Shown one piece after another: positions 57,691-64,000 of a stretch of DNA of 64,000 nucleotides. The stretch spans positions 2,016,001 to 2,080,000 of the forward strand of contig CBDFIQ010000002.1 of assembly GCA_965248195.1 (NCBI GenBank), in the 5' to 3' direction. Source of the DNA: Longimicrobiales bacterium (lineage in GTDB: Bacteria; Gemmatimonadota; Gemmatimonadetes; Longimicrobiales; Gaopeijiaceae). A model generated the notes under the pieces. It worked only from the letters and a program-made list of their open reading frames with translations, searched no databases and had not been told where the DNA came from. Position 1 is the first letter of the stretch, and each line of letters starts with the position of its first letter. The position numbers and the translations under genes were made by a program.

Positions 57691-58529
57691 CAGGCGATCA
57701 TATGGCGGAGAAGCACTCCAATGGTCGTCTTCAGTTCCCTCCGATCCACCACACGATCGATCATTCCGTGCTGGAGCAGGAACTCCGAGCGTTGGAAGCC
57801 GTCGGGCAGTTCCTGGCCGATGGTCTCGGCGATGACCCGTGGGCCCGCGAAACCGATCAGGGCGCCGGGCTCGGCGAGGTTGACGTCTCCAAGCATCGCA
57901 TGGGAGGCCGTGACTCCCCCCGTCGTCGGGTCGGTGATGATGGAGATGTAGGGCAAGCCCGCCTCATGCAGGCGGGCAAGAGCGGTCGAGGTCTTCGCCA
58001 ACTGCATCAGCGAATAGATGCCCTCCTGCATGCGGGCACCGCCGGAGGCGCTCACGACGATCAGCGGCTCCTTCCGCTCCACCGCCGTGCGTCCCGCTCG
58101 GGCGATCTTCTCTCCTACGGCGGATCCCATCGACCCGCCGACGAAGCGGAAGTCCATTACGGCAAGGGTCAGGCCGAGCCCCTCGAGTGTGCCGGTGCCC
58201 GCGAGGACCGCACTCTTCCGGCCCACCTTCGTTTCCGCCTCCTGTAGGCGTGCCTTGTACGGCTTGAGGTCCGTGAACCCGAGAGGATCCTTACTGTGCA
58301 CACCCTCGTCGATCTCTTCGAAGGAACCCTCGTCGAGCAGAATCTCCACATACCGCTCGGGAGCAAGCCGAAAATGGTGCCCGCAGCTGGGGCAGACCTG
58401 GAGATTCTGCGCGAGTTTCTCGGCGTACAAGATTTCGCCGCAGCCCTGGCACTTGTCGAAGACATCGGTCGGCAGGTCTCGCCGGTCTTGCGACTTTAAA
58501 GGCTGCTTATCCTTACGAAACCAAGCCAT
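57690..58529 (-). CDS. accD: Acetyl-CoA carboxylase carboxyltransferase beta subunit
   Basis: C4 zinc finger, GGSMG, SGGARMQEG, FAGPRVI. Confidence 0.97.
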   Translation of the reverse strand: MAWFRKDKQPLKSQDRRDLPTDVFDKCQGCGEILYAEKLAQNLQVCPSCGHHFRLAPERYVEILLDEGSFEEIDEGVHSKDPLGFTDLKPYKARLQEAETKVGRKSAVLAGTGTLEGLGLTLAVMDFRFVGGSMGSAVGEKIARAGRTAVERKEPLIVVSASGGARMQEGIYSLMQLAKTSTALARLHEAGLPYISIITDPTTGGVTASHAMLGDVNLAEPGALIGFAGPRVIAETIGQELPDGFQRSEFLLQHGMIDRVVDRRELKTTIGVLLRHMIA

Positions 58530-59768
58530 TTATTCCTCGCCGGCGAGTCTCGCCGCCACGGCTACGGCGACCCAAGACATCAGGAGGAAAGTCCCGCCGT
58601 AACTGACGAAAGGCAGGGGAATTCCCGTCACCGGCACCATGCCGACAGTCATGCCGATATTGACGAAAATGTGGACGAGCCAGGCTCCGAAGATACCGAA
58701 GATCACGAGGCCTGCAAACGGATCGGCTTCTCCCTCGGCCATCTTCACGAGCCGATAAAGAATGAGCGCGAATAGCGACAGCGTGAGGATGGTTCCGAGG
58801 TACCCCAGCTCCTCTCCGATGACGGAAAAAATGAAGTCCGTGTGCTGCTCGGGAAGAAAGTCGAAGCGCTTTTGTGTCCCGGCCGTAAACCCTTTTCCAG
58901 TCGGGCCGCCGCTCCCGATAGCCACCATCGACTGAATGACGTGGTAGCCCGCTCCCCGGGGATCGACGCTCGGGTCCAGATACACCAGAATGCGATTCTG
59001 CTGATACTCGGCCAACGAATTCCAAAGCGGGGTGGAGATCGTGCCGGCTGCCAGGTTCGCCAGAACGACCGAAAGCGACTCCACCAGGAAGAGCCGATAC
59101 CGGTAGAGGTATAAGGCCCCGACCACGAGCACGAAGAAAGCGGCCCAAATTCGAGTATCGAAGCTGAGCACCAAGCCGATACCCGGGGTCAGCAACAACG
59201 CCATCAACCCGATCGGCGTCCCAGCCCAGAACAGGGCCGCGAAAAGAATTCCCACGAAGGCGAGAGCCGTGCCGAGATCGGGCTGCAGGATGACAAGCAC
59301 CAGTGGTACTCCCACGATGGCCGCGGGAGGCACGAGAGCCCGGAGCGTAGCGGGATCTTCCGGACGGGTCCCCAAATACTTCGCCAACGCGAGGATCGTG
59401 GCGAGCTTGGCAAATTCGGAGGGCTGAAAACGAATGAACCCGAGATCCAGGAAGCTCCTCACTCCGGCAGCCGTTCCGGAGCCGGTCCCGACGATGAGCG
59501 TGATCACGAGAAGGAGAACGCTCACGACGTACGCGGGCACTGCAACCCACTCGAACCACCGAGGACCGATCTGGCGGATGAGCGTGAAGCAGACCAGCGC
59601 GATCGCCGCCCACTGAGCCTGGCGAATCCAGGCACCTTCGGTGACTGGGCTCGGGATGTTCAGGACGCCCGCCGAGTAGATCATGGCGACGCCGAAGGCC
59701 GTCATCAGGAGCACCGCCAGGAACAGGGCCGGATCGCCCACCCAGCGGTTGAAAAATTTACCGATCAT
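58530..59768 (-). CDS. rodA: Rod shape-determining SEDS protein RodA
   Basis: QPSEFAK, QPDLGT, LPEQHTDFIF, PFVSYGG. Confidence 0.96.
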   Translation of the reverse strand: MIGKFFNRWVGDPALFLAVLLMTAFGVAMIYSAGVLNIPSPVTEGAWIRQAQWAAIALVCFTLIRQIGPRWFEWVAVPAYVVSVLLLVITLIVGTGSGTAAGVRSFLDLGFIRFQPSEFAKLATILALAKYLGTRPEDPATLRALVPPAAIVGVPLVLVILQPDLGTALAFVGILFAALFWAGTPIGLMALLLTPGIGLVLSFDTRIWAAFFVLVVGALYLYRYRLFLVESLSVVLANLAAGTISTPLWNSLAEYQQNRILVYLDPSVDPRGAGYHVIQSMVAIGSGGPTGKGFTAGTQKRFDFLPEQHTDFIFSVIGEELGYLGTILTLSLFALILYRLVKMAEGEADPFAGLVIFGIFGAWLVHIFVNIGMTVGMVPVTGIPLPFVSYGGTFLLMSWVAVAVAARLAGEE

Positions 59769-59792
59769 CGAAGGACGGTCCGTCCCGGTGAA

Positions 59793-61628
59793 TCACCGAG
59801 CCCAGGGAGCGGGCCGCCCCGCCTCGAAGTGCTCCCGTAGGGTCTGGATCCGATCGATGGGGGGCGGGAGCCCATGCTTGCGGCGCAAGTAAAAGTCCGC
59901 CGTCTTGGCCATGAGCGGCGCCGCCATGCTCGACCCGCTTTCCCCGAACTCCACGAGCGCCACCACCACGATTTCCGGCTCACCGCCCCAGGGTCCGGCC
60001 ATGCCGGCGAACCATGCATGGGGGCGCTCGGTATCTTGAGCGTTCTGACTGGTTCCGGTTTTTCCGAGGACCTCCCAGTGTTCAAGAGCCGTCCCGAAGT
60101 ACGCCGTCCCTCCCGGAGAGGTGACCCCACGCAAACCCTCCCGAAGCACCGCGATACTCTCGGTCGACACGTTGAGGCTCCAGCCCTCGCTCGGGTCGGG
60201 ATTCTCGAGCAGGTGGGGCGTCGGCGCGGAGCCATCTCTGGCCAACGCGAGATAGAACTGTGCCATCTTGAGCGGCGTCTGGGAGTTGGGACCCTGCCCG
60301 ATTCCCAGACTCAGAACTTCACCTTCTTGGGGTTCGTACCCGAATTCACGCTGCCAGAAATCCCGCCCCTCCGGAAAGATGCCGCTGCTTTCCTGCGGCA
60401 GGTCGATGCCGCACTGCTCGGCGAAGCCGATCCGGGTACCCGCCTCGAGCATCGCGTCCAGCCCGATCTTCAGCCCGAGCTGATAGAAGTACACGTTACA
60501 CGAGTTGGCTATGGCTCCCGCCAAATCCAGATAACCGTGACCCTCGGCGAGCCAGCACCCGCGGTAGAGGCCGCCATAGACCAATCCTCCCGTGCAGGGC
60601 TCCGGCATTTCCTCGTGGGGACCCACCACACCCCGATCCAGGGCGATGGCCGCAGCCGCCAGCTTCCAGGTAGAGCCGGGCGGATAGAGTCCCATCACGC
60701 TCCGGTTGAACAGCGGCTTCCGCGGATCGGATTCGAGCACGGCCCATTCCTCGGGGGTCAACCCGGCTACGAACGCGTTCGGATCGAACGTGGGCGCGGA
60801 GTACAACGCCAGCACCCCGCCAGTCGCCGGATCCAGGGCGACCACCGCCCCCGGGAGCGAGTCCGGGAAGATGTGGTGAATCCACTCCATCAAATCGAGA
60901 TCGAGCGTGAGCCGAATATCTTCGCCTGGCTGACCGGGGTCTTCTTCGATGCCGGCGAGTGAGCCCACGATGCGGCCCAAGGCGTCGACCTCGAGATATC
61001 GCACCCCCCGGCGCCCCTGGAGCCGCTCTTCATATTGGCGTTCGATTCCCACCTTCCCGATCAAGAGGCCGGGCTCGTACTCCGAAAAGCGAGGTTCGGT
61101 GAGTTCTTCAGCGGTGATCTCGTTGACGTAGCCCAACACGTGAGAGGCGGCGCTCCCCGCAATGTAGCGCCGCTTGGGCCTCGTCTCGATAACGATACCG
61201 GGGAGGTCTTCGCGTCTCTCTTCGAGGACCGAGACCGCCCCAAAATCGGCATCGATATCGACGATGAGAGGCTCCCACCGCTGGTACCGATCCATCAGGC
61301 TCTCGATCCCCTCGTCCGAAAGCCCGAGAAGGGGCCTGAGCCTCTCCAGGGTCTCTCGTGTCGATTCACGGGACTCCCGGAGGACGTAGATGACGTATCC
61401 CGGAATGTTGTCCGCTATGACCCGGTCCTTCCGATCGAAAATCGTTCCGCGGGGCGCAGCAACAGGGAGAGGTCGAAGTCGATTCGACTCCGACTGGAGC
61501 ATATAGTCGTTCGACTGCAACATCTGGACGCGGAAGAACTGGACGGCCAGCGCGCCGATGACGATCACCACGATTCCGAAGGCCCCCGTCGCGCGCCGGC
61601 GTCTGTTGTGCGGATGTACCAGCCTCAT
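59793..61628 (-). CDS. mrdA: Penicillin-binding protein 2
   Basis: APRGTIFDR, STWK (SxxK), SCN, KTG. Confidence 0.96.
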   Translation of the reverse strand: MRLVHPHNRRRRATGAFGIVVIVIGALAVQFFRVQMLQSNDYMLQSESNRLRPLPVAAPRGTIFDRKDRVIADNIPGYVIYVLRESRESTRETLERLRPLLGLSDEGIESLMDRYQRWEPLIVDIDADFGAVSVLEERREDLPGIVIETRPKRRYIAGSAASHVLGYVNEITAEELTEPRFSEYEPGLLIGKVGIERQYEERLQGRRGVRYLEVDALGRIVGSLAGIEEDPGQPGEDIRLTLDLDLMEWIHHIFPDSLPGAVVALDPATGGVLALYSAPTFDPNAFVAGLTPEEWAVLESDPRKPLFNRSVMGLYPPGSTWKLAAAAIALDRGVVGPHEEMPEPCTGGLVYGGLYRGCWLAEGHGYLDLAGAIANSCNVYFYQLGLKIGLDAMLEAGTRIGFAEQCGIDLPQESSGIFPEGRDFWQREFGYEPQEGEVLSLGIGQGPNSQTPLKMAQFYLALARDGSAPTPHLLENPDPSEGWSLNVSTESIAVLREGLRGVTSPGGTAYFGTALEHWEVLGKTGTSQNAQDTERPHAWFAGMAGPWGGEPEIVVVALVEFGESGSSMAAPLMAKTADFYLRRKHGLPPPIDRIQTLREHFEAGRPAPWAR

Positions 61629-62107
61629 CGGACTGTCTCCCAACCCAGGCCACTGATCGCGATCACAACCACCCCGATCAGACCCGCATACGCAGCCGAG
61701 ATCGGGGATTGAATCAGCATCGTATCAACAAAGGATTCTCTCAAACCCTCCCCTACCGCAACCCAATATAGGAGATCCCGTATCCACTTCCCCAACACAA
61801 GATACGAGGTCATAAACAATAAGGAATCACCGACGAAGAGATCCCTGGTCCGCGCGCCGCCCATTCCCACGAGGGTCAAAGCAAACGTATTGGCGCCAAA
61901 CGCCAGTACGGAGAAGGCATCACCGAGAAGTCCCAGGAAGAAGCCGAGGCCGGCACCTCGCCCGATATCCACCTCCCGCGCCGCGATGAGGAGGGCCACT
62001 ACCAAGAGATCTGGTGCGCTCTCACCGAGTCCCAAGCTCAGATGGAGCCCGAAATGGAGTAGGATCAAGAACCCGAAAACACTCCAGATGCGCGTCGGGC
62101 TTCTCAC
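61625..62107 (-). CDS. mreD: Rod shape-determining protein MreD
   Basis: PDLL, GFFLGLLGD; position in the operon. Confidence 0.9.
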   Translation of the reverse strand: MRSPTRIWSVFGFLILLHFGLHLSLGLGESAPDLLVVALLIAAREVDIGRGAGLGFFLGLLGDAFSVLAFGANTFALTLVGMGGARTRDLFVGDSLLFMTSYLVLGKWIRDLLYWVAVGEGLRESFVDTMLIQSPISAAYAGLIGVVVIAISGLGWETVR

Positions 62108-63030
62108 CGAGGCGTTCTGGCTTCCGTGCGGGAGGTGCCGGGGGCAGGCTCCTCGGGTACGGCTACCGGGGCCGGGAGCAGGGGCCCGCCTTCCAACCAG
62201 GAGTTGGCATCGCGAGACTCCCCTTCTTCAGACACCAGCACATTCACGTGTGTGGCTTCCCCAGGCGACACGAATGGCCGCAACCAGTAAGATCTCTGCC
62301 ATCCCTCCTGGGAGCCCGATTCTTCGATCACCTCGCCGATCGGAATCCCGCGGGGATAGACACCCCCCAAGCCACTCGTGACCAGGGCCAGCCCCGGCTC
62401 CAATGCCTGGCGGAAGGGAACCCCGTTCAGGAGCAGCCGATCTTCCTCACGAAAACGCCCAGGAGCCGCCCGAACCATTCCATAAACGGAGCCGTCCACG
62501 GTCATCGCGCTGGCTCGGAACTGAGGGTGCGTCCAGTCTATGGCGGTCGCACGGTTGGCCTGAGCGTCCCGCACCACGCCGAGCAAACCCCTCCCCATCA
62601 TTACGGGGGAGTCTCTCGTGACCCCCCGGCGGGTTCCCACGTCGAGCATGAACATGCTCTCCGAACCCGGCGTGCCGGACCGGATGACACTGGCGGCCAC
62701 GTACTGGGCCGGATTCCTGTTCGACAGAAGTAGGAGGCTCCGTAGCGTCGTATTTTCTTCGGACAAGGTGTTGCTGTTCGCAATCACGACCTCGAGCGAG
62801 TCCAACCGCCGCTGAAGGATCTCGGTGTCCTCCCCGTGGACGCTTCTCCGAACAAGACCCTCCTGGATGAGGACGAAGGGGCGAAGCAGGCTGCCACGCA
62901 GAAGCGAGGCGACCTCATCCTGCGAGGCGTCAGGGAGGTAGAGAGTTATCACGGAAAGCACGAAAACGCCGAAGGCAACGAAGGTCCGGGCCCTTCCGGA
63001 TCGGTCGGTATGACTCTTGTAGATGGGCAT
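62104..63030 (-). CDS. mreC: Rod shape-determining protein MreC
   Basis: EENTTLRSLL, VTSGLGGVYPRGIPIG. Confidence 0.94.
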   Translation of the reverse strand: MPIYKSHTDRSGRARTFVAFGVFVLSVITLYLPDASQDEVASLLRGSLLRPFVLIQEGLVRRSVHGEDTEILQRRLDSLEVVIANSNTLSEENTTLRSLLLLSNRNPAQYVAASVIRSGTPGSESMFMLDVGTRRGVTRDSPVMMGRGLLGVVRDAQANRATAIDWTHPQFRASAMTVDGSVYGMVRAAPGRFREEDRLLLNGVPFRQALEPGLALVTSGLGGVYPRGIPIGEVIEESGSQEGWQRSYWLRPFVSPGEATHVNVLVSEEGESRDANSWLEGGPLLPAPVAVPEEPAPGTSRTEARTPR

Positions 63031-63066
63031 AGTCCCTGGAACCCACTTCCTTTAACGGCCCTGGTC

Positions 63067-64000
63067 CTACGTGGTCAGCACCGTACGATACTTTTGGAGG
63101 TCATCGAGGATTCGGCCGACGCCACGCACCACACAACTGAGGGGCTCCTCGTCCACATGGATCGGCAGGTTCGTCTCGTGTTGCAGGAGCCGATCCATAC
63201 CGCGTATGAGGGCGCCGCCACCCGTCATCACAATGCCGCGATCCACAATGTCACTGGCGAACTCGGGCGGCGTAATCTCCAAAGCGCGCCGTACGGCTTC
63301 GACGACCGCTTGGATCGGTTCCTGGATGCACTCCCGGATTTCCTGCGAATAAACGTGAACCGTCTTGGGAATACCACTCACGAGATCCCGGCCCTTCACG
63401 TCCATTTCCCGCTCCTCCCCCACTTCGAAGGCGGAGCCGATTTGAATTTTTATGGCCTCCGCCGTCGGTTCACCGATCAGGAGGTTGTAGTTCTTGCGGA
63501 GGAAGGTCACGATCGCAGAATCGAACTCGTCGCCACCTACGCGAATGGAGGTATTGGACACGATGCCGGCGAGGGCGATGACCGCGATCTCCGTGGTTCC
63601 CCCGCCAATGTCGATCACCATGTTGCCGGTTGGAGTCTCAACGGGAAGGCCCACGCCAATGGCGGCAGCCATCGGCTCCGCGACCATGAAAACCGCCTTG
63701 GCGCCCGCGGACATCGCGCTGGAGCAGACCGCGCGCCGCTCGAGCTCCGTGATTCCGGACGGCACACCGACCACAACCCGAGGCTTGATGCGGAAGACCC
63801 GCTTGGCCGTTACCTGCTTGAGAAAGTGGCGGAGCATCATCTCGGTTATATCGACGTCCGCGATAACGCCATCCTTGAGCGGCCGCACCGCTTCGATCGC
63901 CTCCGGCGTGCGCCCTAACATCCGTTTGGCCTCGAGGCCGATCGCCATGATCCTGCCCGACCCCTTATCGATGGCGACCACCGAGGGCTCGTTGAGGACG
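63067..64000 (-). CDS. mreB: MreB (5' end outside the window)
   Basis: RPLKDGVIAD, EPMAAAIG, DIGGGTTE, TGGGAL. Confidence 0.97.
   Translation of the reverse strand, partial: VLNEPSVVAIDKGSGRIMAIGLEAKRMLGRTPEAIEAVRPLKDGVIADVDITEMMLRHFLKQVTAKRVFRIKPRVVVGVPSGITELERRAVCSSAMSAGAKAVFMVAEPMAAAIGVGLPVETPTGNMVIDIGGGTTEIAVIALAGIVSNTSIRVGGDEFDSAIVTFLRKNYNLLIGEPTAEAIKIQIGSAFEVGEEREMDVKGRDLVSGIPKTVHVYSQEIRECIQEPIQAVVEAVRRALEITPPEFASDIVDRGIVMTGGGALIRGMDRLLQHETNLPIHVDEEPLSCVVRGVGRILDDLQKYRTVLTT

Overview
GC-rich bacterial chromosome window; gene content and order suggest Gemmatimonadota (inference). About 1-17.9 kb is an accessory, decaying region next to tRNA-Ser(TGA). It holds an ECF sigma/FecR/TonB-receptor signalling trio, two apparently identical IS256 copies, one IS3 and one IS5 (each cutting a gene), two convergent PQQ sugar dehydrogenases, a spondin-acidic repeat-CHRD lipoprotein, a dense cluster of att-like remnants, and a truncated tyrosine-integrase element. 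About 18-64 kb is mostly minus-strand core genes: a cytochrome c/copper monooxygenase-like pair, purH, purN, selA, valS, a dapL-like gene, a JAB-DinG fusion, a DUF4159-DUF4175-TPR-GATase-like operon, rsmI, trxA, clpB, an M48 protease, guaA, lysA, proS, hisS, folC, accD, rodA, mrdA and mreDCB. Best novelty leads: the heme c plus PHM-type copper monooxygenase, a promoter-aligned ~95-nt structured RNA candidate at 49.4 kb, the JAB-DinG with a Cys-to-Ser change at an Fe-S ligand position behind an uncharacterised envelope operon, and the att-site cluster. All family calls come from motif recognition by eye; no searches were run.
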